Shown: positions 19,092 to 29,057, counted from the first letter of the stretch. The stretch is DNA of 64,000 nucleotides from Candidatus Borrarchaeum weybense (GCA_019057385.1 JAHQJS010000005.1:1-64000); one strand, 5' to 3'. The notes: generated by a model from the letters alone, not told the origin. Made by a program: numbers and translations.

Positions 19092-22000
19092 TTAAAGACC
19101 GTTAATTATGGGTGTATCGCGCAATATCACCAAAGATTCATGTGCACGGTTCAACACGAATTCTTGTAAAGTTCTTTTATCCATACCTTTTCTTTTTGCA
19201 TAGCCATACATCCCAGCACAAAAGAGACAAAAACCAAAATCGTAAGACTGTTGTTTGTTTGTTTCTTTAATGATTTTGTTTTTTTGAAAATAGTTTTCAG
19301 CTGTCTGAATGCTATATGCAAGAGCCTCTTGCATATTATCCTCAGCAAAACCTATAAACGCATCAAAATTGAAAAAATTGCTCAGGATAACGCGTCCAAG
19401 ATACTCTCTGTAAATACATTGAGACCGGCAAAGTTCACAATGCTCGAAGGGTAGTTTATCACTTAAACAATCCGTTTGGAGTATCTCATAGAGGTTAGGG
19501 GATGCAGTAGAAATATTTAATGAATCTGGTCTTTGTATTTTGTGAATAACATTAGACATTGTTCTCTGGGGGATATTAATTTCGTTATTAAAAAAAGAGG
19601 GAATCGTTTGTTCTTCTGATTGAAAGTTGACGAATGATGTATCCTTCTTTAAAATTTCTGTTTTAAGTGTCCTTGCTATCCTTTGATAAAAGTCCTCAGT
19701 CTGGTTAAGTTCTGATAGTACTTTATAATCACTGAAATAATATCGTAAAAGACAATATTTGATTCGAGAATGAACATCAAATTCTTTGAAATCATCTAGA
19801 AGACGTTCGGGGTTAGATTCATTTTCATAATATCTAGAGAGAAACTGATCCGCATCTGTTTTTGTCTTAATCTCCCATGCACTGTTTCTAAAATTTTTGC
19901 AATACTCAACTGCTCCTTCCAAAGGGCATTTTTCGCAGAAAATTAGTTTTACCGTTTTTGCAAGATCATTAATATGTTCAATTATATCTGAGGTTGCTAT
20001 TTCAGATGAATTCGAATACTTCAAAGTGATAGATGCCCGATTATTGTCCTCAATAACGTCGTTCTCCTCGAAATTGTTTGCACGTACACGTGTAGGATAT
20101 TTTAACGTCGGTGAAAAGACTAAACATTCCTGCCGCTGCATCCTCTTCATATAGTCTACCTGCATCTCATCTAAATTCATATACTTTTGAAGAATTTCAG
20201 CATCTTTTGTTAATTGAAATGCAACTATTGTATAACTATTAGCAAGACTGTTTTCCGCAAAAAGAGGCCGTGTCCCTACGAAGACAAATCCTATCCCATA
20301 TGCGCGCAAAAGTATACTCAAGTCTTCGGTCGGTGTTGCATCAATGCTTGTCTTTTTTCTGTACAATTCGGGAACAAGAAACTGGCATTCTTCTACAATA
20401 ATCAGATTTCGTAGAGTTTGTTGAAGCCCTCGTTTGATGGCATAATCTCCATATAATCTAACCAAAAAGTTCATCAGAAATCGGATATCATCTTTTGGTA
20501 CTCGCCGAAACTGCATATATCCCAGATCTACGATCACATTCTTTCGAAGAAGATCATCAAAAACGATGTTCGACCTATCCACATCAAAAATTTCTTTTAA
20601 AGCCCCTCGAATGAATTTCTCCAGTCTATTGTATAATGCAGTAATGGTCTTATCTAGGAATGAAAATTTGTCTTTCTGCGTTATGCCATAGTTTTCAAGG
20701 GCTTTGAAAAAGCCTTTGAATCCTTTCACTCGTGCCGTTGGATCTGCAATATATTCATCAAGAACATCTTTGAGTACACGCTCCATCTGTACTGAAAGAT
20801 CAATATCTTGTTGGAACATGGTTGAATATACCTCTCGTATAAGTGAGAAAACTCTATCAGCATGTTCTTCCGGTGGAAAACCACATGGATCAAAGAGATT
20901 GATTTTCAATGGTGCAAACTCAGAACCAGGTGCAAAAACTAACATTTCATTATGTAAATTAGTTTCTAGTTTAGAAAGCAATTGCCTATATTCTGACTTG
21001 TAATCAAACACAATCCAATTAACATTTGGCGCTTTTTGTGAGAGTTCCAATACCAAATTCTTTGTAAGGCAGGTTTTACCACTTCCTATTAAACCAAGAA
21101 CTGTCATACTCCGTCTTAAGTCCTCAGTTTTAAGTAAAAGAGGTTGCAATAATTTTTCTCCACGAACAACTCTTCCGATTTCAATTCCTTCCTTTACATT
21201 GATTGTTTCAAGAGGAATCTCGAATTCTGGAGTATACTCACTTTCGATCCCTAAGATAGGCTTTTCAGGAAGATGTGTAAAGGGTGAAAGGCGAAATACA
21301 CTCATCTCTGTTTCTTTTCCAATAGAAATCCGTAGTCCAGTTTTTTTATACGCTCTTTTAAGTTTTCGCCCTTTTAGTGTAGATGTTGTAACACAATAGT
21401 GAGTTCCCGAATATATTGTATTAAGAGAATTCTCTATGTCCAGAACTGCTCGTTTACATAACTCTTCATCTGGAGTTGTGATCAAAACATATGCACACAC
21501 CTTTGTTAAACCAGACCTTAATCCTGCGGCATAATCCGATGCTTCCTGTCTTTTTTGATCTTCCAGAAGAGCATGTCTAACAAGATTATTACTAAGGGCT
21601 CCATTCTCATCTTCTTTTGCAATTTCTTCTAATTTTCCTTTTCTAATTTTTGTATCCTTGAAATTCATCACAAAAGTAACCTCGATTTGAAGGCTAAGGC
21701 AGTGCCGGATAAATCGATCATGTTGTGTCAATTCTCCATAGGCTTTATGCTCAGGAAGACCTTCAATATGAATAATTGAAGCATATCTTTGGTTATAGGA
21801 AGAACCCTCCAAAAAATTTCGTTTAACTTTCAGTAATGACTTTTCACTTCCGTATCCTTCAATTTCTGGAAGTAAAGTTATTTTTCTCAAGCCTTCCTCA
21901 GAAATTGTATTATCATCAATTTCAAAAGAAAGAGATTCGAGTCCTCCTTTCATACGAAAAAGAGCAGTTTGAGCAGCCTCAATTGCTTTGTTTAATCTTC

Positions 22001-22706
22001 GATGTGTACCAAAGACATAACGTCGCACTTTTACAGTGCCATTTTCATCTATAAAAATTTCTTGTGTGCCTTGGTGGCATTTCCTTAAATACGCTGCAAT
22101 ATCTTCGTATTCATATTTCCGTATTCCAGTGCTTTGAAAATTTTCCTGTAAAATTATAGGGCGTTGCTCACGACGAATGATTTCTCTTGGAATATGGGTG
22201 ATTTCTAATGCTTTTATTACAAGATATCTATCCCCAAAAAGAAACAATGATACAAAACTGAAAAAATGTTCAACTTTATGTAAAAAATGAGGCAAAGGAA
22301 CTCTACGACGAAAAACAATATAATCTGAACCCAGAGAATGAAATTCAAATTCTGAAAAGATATATGTGACACAGCTACTTGAAAGAATCAGACTGGTGAA
22401 AAACAAAAGAAATGAGTTGCTTATTAAACTGTTGCTAGTATTAAATGGTATAGAAATTGATGTTAACAATACACTTTGGAGTAAGCTGTATTTTATGAAA
22501 TAAAGTATTAAACTTGAACAAATAGTAAAGATTAATGTATATATGACGATGGCCTCAAACTTCTCCTTGTAAGAGCCTTCTGAAAACCTTGAATGCTTTA
22601 ACACATAATAAATGGAGATACCGAAACAGAGAAGGATTATAAATAGTAAATTTGAAAAGCGGATGAAAATAGACCAAAGCAATTGCTCAATATTATTCTG
22701 ATTCAT
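19092..22706 (-). CDS. Membrane-anchored HerA/FtsK/VirB4-superfamily ATPase (DUF87-like) with Cys-rich C-terminal domains
   Basis: Three N-terminal TM segments; Walker A GLIGSGKT; 'VFDYKSEY'; 'LKINLF'; Walker B 'IIVEECQ'; 'LRAYGIG'; C-terminal CxxC clusters. Confidence 0.85.
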   Translation of the reverse strand: MNQNNIEQLLWSIFIRFSNLLFIILLCFGISIYYVLKHSRFSEGSYKEKFEAIVIYTLIFTICSSLILYFIKYSLLQSVLLTSISIPFNTSNSLISNSFLLFFTSLILSSSCVTYIFSEFEFHSLGSDYIVFRRRVPLPHFLHKVEHFFSFVSLFLFGDRYLVIKALEITHIPREIIRREQRPIILQENFQSTGIRKYEYEDIAAYLRKCHQGTQEIFIDENGTVKVRRYVFGTHRRLNKAIEAAQTALFRMKGGLESLSFEIDDNTISEEGLRKITLLPEIEGYGSEKSLLKVKRNFLEGSSYNQRYASIIHIEGLPEHKAYGELTQHDRFIRHCLSLQIEVTFVMNFKDTKIRKGKLEEIAKEDENGALSNNLVRHALLEDQKRQEASDYAAGLRSGLTKVCAYVLITTPDEELCKRAVLDIENSLNTIYSGTHYCVTTSTLKGRKLKRAYKKTGLRISIGKETEMSVFRLSPFTHLPEKPILGIESEYTPEFEIPLETINVKEGIEIGRVVRGEKLLQPLLLKTEDLRRSMTVLGLIGSGKTCLTKNLVLELSQKAPNVNWIVFDYKSEYRQLLSKLETNLHNEMLVFAPGSEFAPLKINLFDPCGFPPEEHADRVFSLIREVYSTMFQQDIDLSVQMERVLKDVLDEYIADPTARVKGFKGFFKALENYGITQKDKFSFLDKTITALYNRLEKFIRGALKEIFDVDRSNIVFDDLLRKNVIVDLGYMQFRRVPKDDIRFLMNFLVRLYGDYAIKRGLQQTLRNLIIVEECQFLVPELYRKKTSIDATPTEDLSILLRAYGIGFVFVGTRPLFAENSLANSYTIVAFQLTKDAEILQKYMNLDEMQVDYMKRMQRQECLVFSPTLKYPTRVRANNFEENDVIEDNNRASITLKYSNSSEIATSDIIEHINDLAKTVKLIFCEKCPLEGAVEYCKNFRNSAWEIKTKTDADQFLSRYYENESNPERLLDDFKEFDVHSRIKYCLLRYYFSDYKVLSELNQTEDFYQRIARTLKTEILKKDTSFVNFQSEEQTIPSFFNNEINIPQRTMSNVIHKIQRPDSLNISTASPNLYEILQTDCLSDKLPFEHCELCRSQCIYREYLGRVILSNFFNFDAFIGFAEDNMQEALAYSIQTAENYFQKNKIIKETNKQQSYDFGFCLFCAGMYGYAKRKGMDKRTLQEFVLNRAHESLVILRDTPIINGL

Positions 22707-22983
22707 TTTAAACCAATATCTTTCTAATGAATCTCAATAAAACCTCCACGATTTTTAGCTTAAATCAACAAAAATTACTGAATCTAAGCAAAAAAGCACT
22801 ACAGCTTTAGCGTGGTGATGAATTGCTGTAGTTTGTGTTCACTTGCATCACGTGCATTGAGGGGTCTCTCTAAAGTTATTTGAACAATAGCGGAGTTTAT
22901 TAATCACAAGTAATTAGAAAAGATGTATAGCGATTAGTTAGCTCATTAAGACTCTTCTGAACTGATTAACAAGGGATCACACA

Positions 22984-24282
22984 ATGCAACAATTGATTAC
23001 GGTATTGTCGATATCAACAACAAAAAACGAGACGATCAAAGCCACCTTGAAAGCTACTAAAGAAAGACGAAAACGTCAAACCTGTAGGGTGTTTGAGCTA
23101 AAAATCGACAGCTCCCATCTTAACCATCACACCAAAGAACATTTGAAACGCTTATTTCTGGAAGCCAAATGGTTGTATAACTATATTCTCTCGCAGCATA
23201 ACGTGTTTGATACGGATTATAAACTCTCTGAAGTGCCTGTCAAAGTCAAGGATAATTTTGAACTCCGCGAACTACGTCATCTCTCCTCACACATGAAACA
23301 GAGTCTCATTAAGCGAACTATGGACAATATCAAGGGATTGACACGCTTAAAAGCTAACGGACGCAAAATTGGCAGACTCACATTCAAGAGTTATGTTAAT
23401 TCAATCCCCTTGAAACAATCCGGAAATACCTACCGCATACTGAATGACAAATACATCAGGATACAAGGTATCTCACAACAACTACGTGTCAATGGCTTAA
23501 CTCAAATTCCTCGCGGCAGTGAACTGGCAAATGCGACCTTAATCCAGCGGCATGGCGACTACTTCGTAACAATCACCATCTACCAGACGCGGGAACACAC
23601 AACACCCCCTTCGAAAACGGTAGGCATAGATTTCGGAGTTAAAACACAGTTAACGCTTTCAGACGGCATTGCCATCCAGTATGTAATCCCCATTAGCAAC
23701 AAATTAAGAAAATTGCACCAGAAATTAAGTCGCTGTCAATTTCGCAGCAAGAATTGGTATAAAACCAAGTGTAAACTGGAAAAAGCCTATGCTAAGGTTA
23801 ACAATATCAAGAAAGACGTCAAGAACAAACTAGTCCATTATCTACACACTACTTATGGGATAGTGTGTTATCAGGATGAGAACATCAAGGCGTGGCAACG
23901 CTTATGGGGCAGAAAAATCGTATCCACCGCTATCGGAGGGATCATACGCACACTTGAAGTAAAGGTGCATACTCCGATCAAAGTCGATAGGTTTTTCCCC
24001 TCCACCAAAACCTGTTCGCGCTGTGGAAATATCCGTGACATCGGATTGGATGAACGAATCTATACCTGTCCAGTCTGTGGGTTAGTGATGGACAGAGATC
24101 ATAATGCAAGTGTTAACCTAGATAACGAAGGATTAAAACAACTTGTACCTACGGGACGTAGGGATGTTAAGCCTGTGGAGACTGAATCCTCTACTTTGGC
24201 ATCGCTGGAATACTTAAACGGTATTCCCTATGTGAAAGCAAGTTCGGTCTGCGAAGCAGGAAGCCTCATCGCTTCAGCGTGA
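22984..24282 (+). CDS. tnpB: RNA-guided endonuclease TnpB
   Basis: GIDFGVK (RuvC-I), FFPSTKTCSRCG..CPVCG Zn finger, DRDHNASVN (RuvC-III). Confidence 0.95.
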   Translation: MQQLITVLSISTTKNETIKATLKATKERRKRQTCRVFELKIDSSHLNHHTKEHLKRLFLEAKWLYNYILSQHNVFDTDYKLSEVPVKVKDNFELRELRHLSSHMKQSLIKRTMDNIKGLTRLKANGRKIGRLTFKSYVNSIPLKQSGNTYRILNDKYIRIQGISQQLRVNGLTQIPRGSELANATLIQRHGDYFVTITIYQTREHTTPPSKTVGIDFGVKTQLTLSDGIAIQYVIPISNKLRKLHQKLSRCQFRSKNWYKTKCKLEKAYAKVNNIKKDVKNKLVHYLHTTYGIVCYQDENIKAWQRLWGRKIVSTAIGGIIRTLEVKVHTPIKVDRFFPSTKTCSRCGNIRDIGLDERIYTCPVCGLVMDRDHNASVNLDNEGLKQLVPTGRRDVKPVETESSTLASLEYLNGIPYVKASSVCEAGSLIASA

Positions 24283-24292
24283 GGTAGTTCAC
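24142..24292 (+). ncRNA. TnpB omega-RNA (reRNA/sotRNA) scaffold overlapping the tnpB 3' end; guide expected from 24293
   Basis: gtacctacgggacgtaggga..aagcctgtggag..gaagcaggaagcc..tagttcac; conserved with the second element. Confidence 0.7.
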
Positions 24293-24609
24293 TAAGCAAA
24301 AAATAAATAGACGATTCTTTGTTTTTTTGGATAAATTATAAGAGAAATATAAAATATCAAAACAAATTATTCCTTGAATTCTCAACCCAAAACAATGAAT
24401 GTATAAGGTAAAAATTTGCTTTTATTACAATAGATAAAAGGTTCTTGAAATTCCAAAGATACAAGACATATGCTTTTAAACCTACAAGATCTAAATAGGC
24501 GACGATTCATAGAATTACAAATTTTAAAAATGAAAAAAAATGTTAGACATTAGTTAACAAAGAAAAGCATCATGGATAAGATAACAATTTGCAGAACAGA
24601 GGTTGGATC

Positions 24610-25155
24610 ATGGAGAACACTCTACGCGGTTTGTATATTGGAAGATTTCAACCTTTTCATAACGGACATCTTCAAGCCATAAAATATGTCTTAGAAAATG
24701 TAGACGAACTTATCATCGCAATAGGATCAATTCAAGACAGTCACGAGATTAAGAATCCTTTTACAGCAGGAGAACGTCATTATATGATACAAAGCGCTTT
24801 ACTTGAAGCAGGAATACCTCATGATAGATTTTACATTGTATCGATACCAGATATAGATCGAAATGCCGTATGGCTATCACATGTGCGAACATTATGTCCA
24901 CCTTTCGAGGTTGTTTATTCTAATAATTCTCTAGTAGCTCGACTTACAAAGGAATATGGAGGATCTACTAGATTGGCAACAATCCCTTTTTTTAATCGGA
25001 AATCATATACAGCAACCGAAGTACGCAGAAGAATCCTCGAAGGCGAAAACTGGGAAGAATTGGTTCCACAAGCAGTTACAAAAATTATACGCGAAATTAA
25101 TGGAATAAATCGTATCCTTGATGTAGATGCCAGTGAAGGAGATCTTTTCTATTAA
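24610..25155 (+). CDS. nadM: Nicotinamide-nucleotide adenylyltransferase
   Basis: GRFQPFHNGH, NPFTAGER, S.TATEVR. Confidence 0.95.
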   Translation: MENTLRGLYIGRFQPFHNGHLQAIKYVLENVDELIIAIGSIQDSHEIKNPFTAGERHYMIQSALLEAGIPHDRFYIVSIPDIDRNAVWLSHVRTLCPPFEVVYSNNSLVARLTKEYGGSTRLATIPFFNRKSYTATEVRRRILEGENWEELVPQAVTKIIREINGINRILDVDASEGDLFY

Positions 25156-25184
25156 TTGTAGAAGATATCTATCGAAGATTTGAC

Positions 25185-26585
25185 TTAAGAAGATATTTTT
25201 GCCTCTATTCCTTCCTTATTTAGTATTCCACGAGCTGCAATTATACCTGTAGCAGCAGCAGTGACAATACCTCCAGATAATCCAGCCCCATCACCTGCTA
25301 CAAAAAGATTTGAAACTGGTGTTTCAAGTTTTTGATCCACTTGAATCATGTTTGCATAAAATTTTATTTCAGGTGCATAAAGAAGGGTAGAACTGCTAGC
25401 AACTCCTGGTACAACATTATCTAGTTTGTCTAGGCCTTCTAAAATATCAGTTACTATTCGATGAGGAAAAGCCATAGCTATATCTCCTGGCGTAACATGC
25501 AATAAAGTTGGTTTTACATTACTACGTCTTATCCTCCCCCAGGTGCTTCTTCGCCATTGTTTTAAATCTCCTAGCCTTTGTAAAAGCGGTTTTCCTCCTC
25601 CTAATGTTGTTGTAATTGCCGCAAGACTCTGTCCGTATGCGGTGGTATCTTCTATAGGTTCGGTTAAGTTGACTCGAACCAAAAACGCAAAGTTTGTATT
25701 TTCACTTTTCTTAGAAAGCATTGCATGCCCATTGACACCTATTGTAGAATCATAAACTTCCTGAACGACAAATCCTCTAGCATTTGTACAAAACGTCCTT
25801 ACGAAATCATCATACGTTTTTGAATAAATATGAAACTTTGGATCATAGTTTACTTCAATCACCGGATCCATGACAATTGCAGGCACTTCGACACGGACAC
25901 CAATATCAATTGGTCCGTGTTTTATCGGGATGTTCAGTTTTCTGACCTGTTCTGCCAGCCAAGCGGCGCCGATTCTTCCTGGAGCAGCCAATATATAGTT
26001 GCATGAGATATCGGATCCGTCTTCTAACTTTAGTTTTCCCTGTTCAAGTTGAGTTACCTTTCTTTTAATCAGTAATTTGACTCCTTTCTTCATCAAATCC
26101 TCCTTAAAATTAGCAATAACACGTGGAGTATTATCGGTCCCCATATGTCTTTGAGGTATAGGAACAAAACGAATTCCTGACGCAGCTGCTTTTCGGGCAA
26201 GATCTCTTACTTGTTCATCATCTGCAGTATAAACATTTTGAGGAGCGCCATATCTAACAAATGCATCATCAACATGCCGTACCAAATCCCAACTCAATTC
26301 AGAACTATTAGTTAACTCCTCAAGGTTCCCACCAATATCTGGTCGCAGATTAAGAAGACCACTAGAAAGTGTACCTGCACCTCCTACACCACTCATTTGA
26401 GAACAAGGATTACATTTCTCACAAACGCCTGTTATAGTAGTAGCAGGACACCTTCTTTCATTAATGTCACGCCCCATATCTATTATGACTATTTTGAGAT
26501 TGCTTTTCTCTGCTAATTCCAATGCTGCAAACATTCCAGCAGGGCCAGCACCAATTATTACAACATCTGTCTGCAAAAACTTCAA
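25185..26585 (-). CDS. FAD-dependent oxidoreductase (COG2509-like)
   Basis: IIGAGPAG, GVGGAG..S.G, HMGTD, DIGVRVE, RTFC, APEIKFY, AGDGAG. Confidence 0.88.
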   Translation of the reverse strand: MKFLQTDVVIIGAGPAGMFAALELAEKSNLKIVIIDMGRDINERRCPATTITGVCEKCNPCSQMSGVGGAGTLSSGLLNLRPDIGGNLEELTNSSELSWDLVRHVDDAFVRYGAPQNVYTADDEQVRDLARKAAASGIRFVPIPQRHMGTDNTPRVIANFKEDLMKKGVKLLIKRKVTQLEQGKLKLEDGSDISCNYILAAPGRIGAAWLAEQVRKLNIPIKHGPIDIGVRVEVPAIVMDPVIEVNYDPKFHIYSKTYDDFVRTFCTNARGFVVQEVYDSTIGVNGHAMLSKKSENTNFAFLVRVNLTEPIEDTTAYGQSLAAITTTLGGGKPLLQRLGDLKQWRRSTWGRIRRSNVKPTLLHVTPGDIAMAFPHRIVTDILEGLDKLDNVVPGVASSSTLLYAPEIKFYANMIQVDQKLETPVSNLFVAGDGAGLSGGIVTAAATGIIAARGILNKEGIEAKISS

Positions 26586-26750
26586 CCCAAAATATCTTTA
26601 TTGAATTTTCAAATTTAATTCAAGAAGTCTAAAGTAAACCAGCGTATAAACAAGCTAACTAGATTTAAAGATTACGTTTTTGCAATATCTTTCTCGAAAA
26701 GTATCTCAATGTGCCAAAAATATCTATTCACGTTTGTTTGGAACGTACAA

Positions 26751-26918
26751 TGGCAGGGCGGTCGGGATTTTCCCTTTCTTAGTAGTCCTAAGCAAGATTT
26801 GAACCCGAGAGTCGACTGAGAACCAATTTAGAGGTTCTCTTTTCCGCTTATAATCACCTTATAGGCTATAACTTCGGTTCCGGAGACCGACGTCTTATCC
26901 TGGCTTGACCACCGCCCT
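26751..26918 (-). tRNA. tRNA-Arg(CCG) with non-canonical introns (~60 nt in variable region, 30 nt in T-loop); encoded CCA
   Basis: AGGGCGG/CCGCCCT acceptor stem, TCGGT-CTCCGGA-ACCGA anticodon arm, TCGGG-TTC[30 nt]AAAT-CCCGA T-arm, G-CCA end. Confidence 0.9.
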
Positions 26919-26973
26919 ATTTAATAACCTAAAGAGTTCTTTTTAACTCTTTAAAAAAATAGGTGTAGTGAAG

Positions 26974-27588
26974 TTATTGACTCAATACTTGACTCATGTC
27001 TTTAGCGGATACTAGTGATTTAATATGAGTTACTACTCCGATATCAGTATCCCATATACCATCTATCTCTCTTAATTCCATTATGAAGTCCCATGCACTT
27101 TGTACACCCATAGCAAAGAAATAAAATCCAATATCAAAGTCTGCTTGTTGAAAAGTGTAACCTAGGAATGCAGGTAAGACCGTGTCGCTCATTGTAATTT
27201 TAGACAGTTCTTGATAGACATCAATATCTTTTGTGGGTTCGATATCAAGTTTGACCGTGAAAAGGGGGAATTCAACAGTTGTATCTTGTCCCGAATATGA
27301 GCTTTGGAAGTCTGCAAGACTGAATTGAGCTAACCCTTTAAAAGAAGTAATTGGATAGACCATAATCTCGCGTATCTCTTTAATACTACGTATTCTCTTT
27401 AAAATGAAGTCATTTAGAGATTCTACATCTTTTGCCTGAATCATTATTTCAAGATCCGCTGTTTCAAAAATTTGTCCGATAAATAGTGGCATTACAGATT
27501 CCGTTCTATCTAAGTTTTCTAATAAACGTTCATAAGCCAGCTTATCAGAACCAGCTTCAATATCACACACTGCCATAAACAAGGTCAT
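26974..27588 (-). CDS. Tandem Lrp/AsnC ligand-binding (RAM)-like domain protein
   Basis: Two internal repeats of 'DIE...D...Y..L', 'Dh.h.h.A..V.S..DFI...hR.I..I'. Confidence 0.6.
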   Translation of the reverse strand: MTLFMAVCDIEAGSDKLAYERLLENLDRTESVMPLFIGQIFETADLEIMIQAKDVESLNDFILKRIRSIKEIREIMVYPITSFKGLAQFSLADFQSSYSGQDTTVEFPLFTVKLDIEPTKDIDVYQELSKITMSDTVLPAFLGYTFQQADFDIGFYFFAMGVQSAWDFIMELREIDGIWDTDIGVVTHIKSLVSAKDMSQVLSQ

Positions 27589-27922
27589 AGTTATCACCTT
27601 AAATCATCAATATTTCTTGTATCCTCCTAAAAATCATTCTACTTTTTCTCTGATAATGTTTAGTTATATAACCATATTCCACAAAGAATTGTTAGGTAGT
27701 AGTTCACTAAGGAAAACATCATTTAAAGGGAGAAAAGTGAAGCATATATATATTTTCTGCTAGTTTTTTGGTGATTTATCATCTATAGGTCTGAATAACG
27801 AGTATATCAAAAACACAAGTATAATAACCTAGAAAAACTAATATAGATAGATCACGTAAGAGAATAGTAAGGGAGCATTTCTTTTCTAAATTTTAAATGA
27901 TGCATTTGACGGAGTAAGATAA

Positions 27923-28510
27923 TTGATGCACTTGCCATCACCAAAAGACATTCGCCGAATGCGTAAGCGACTCAATCTTACACAAACAGATCTTGCTCAA
28001 CGTGCAAATGTATCTCAATCACTAATTGCGCGGATAGAATCCGGATCTGTTGATCCGAGGCTTTCAACCTTAAAAAGGATCTTAGAGGCATTAGAAGCAA
28101 CTACAAAGGAACAACGATACACAACTGCTGAGGATGTCATGTGTCAAACAATTGTTTCAATTGGACCAGAAGATCTCCTTGCACATGCAGCTGATCTTAT
28201 GAGGGAAAATGGAGTATCTCAACTCCCGGTAATTGAAAAAGGCAATCAAATTGGAGCGATTCTGGAGACAGAAATTGTAAGTGCAATAATAGAATCCCCA
28301 AAGGCTCTTAATAAAAAAGTAAAAGAAGTGATGTTGGATAAATTACCTTCAGTTGATCCAAAGGCGAACGTGGAAGAAGTCTACGAATTGATTAAAGAAG
28401 GAAAACCTGCAGTAGTAGTTGAACAGGAAGGAAATATTATAGGAATTATTACTAAGATTGATTTGATTAGTTATTATTTTAAATGGCCACCAGTCGGACC
28501 TACACAATGA
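27923..28510 (+). CDS. XRE-HTH + CBS-pair transcriptional regulator (COG3620-like)
   Basis: LTQTDLA.RANVSQSLIARIESG.VDPRLST plus CBS domains. Confidence 0.93.
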   Translation: MMHLPSPKDIRRMRKRLNLTQTDLAQRANVSQSLIARIESGSVDPRLSTLKRILEALEATTKEQRYTTAEDVMCQTIVSIGPEDLLAHAADLMRENGVSQLPVIEKGNQIGAILETEIVSAIIESPKALNKKVKEVMLDKLPSVDPKANVEEVYELIKEGKPAVVVEQEGNIIGIITKIDLISYYFKWPPVGPTQ

Positions 28511-28771
28511 TTGATGGTGCTAGCAAAAAATATGATTTAAAGCGCATGACTTTTTTGAAATCTTCTCTTTAACTCAAAATGAATACAAGTTAAGATTTTT
28601 CTTCACAATATTATGTCCATAAGAAATTAACCTCATTCATTATGTTAGTGCGAGCGCGTATGAATAGTGAAATATTGGAGTGAAATAGACGTTTTCTCCA
28701 TTGATGAAGAGGAATGCGCGCCAACCTAGAAAATTCACAAGTTAACAAGATGCGAAAAAAACTTCATTCAT

Positions 28772-28795
28772 TTCCATCGGAAAAGCTGCAGGGGG
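28772..28795 (+). promoter_or_regulatory. ORB-like Orc1/Cdc6 binding site
   Basis: TTCCATCGGAAAAGCTGCAGGGGG resembles TTCCA-N3-GAAA...G-string. Confidence 0.5.
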
Positions 28796-29057
28796 AGAGA
28801 TTACCAGGAAATTATATAAAACAATCAATTTAACATAATGAGTTCTATATTATAGGTTAAGTAATAGTACAAATAATCAGTTTAAAAGAACTTAATATCA
28901 GTTATCTTAACATGTTAAGTTGGTGAAAACAGCAACTGTGTGAAACATCCTAAAAAACAAAGGAGATACGTCAAAAGTACGAAATCAAGACTCTTAACCC
29001 ATTATGGTATTACCCACATAATAAACTAACTTTTATTGACGATGTTTACATATTCAC

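Larger units (their letters stand above)
22779..24292 (+). mobile_element. IS200/IS605-family (IS1341-type, tnpB-only) element
   Basis: TTAC (22775-22778), then 14 nt + AAAG + hairpin at the left end; GAAG + hairpin cctcatcgcttcagcgtgagg + TAGTTCAC at the right end; matches IS608-type guide/cleavage pairing; no tnpA. Confidence 0.85.
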
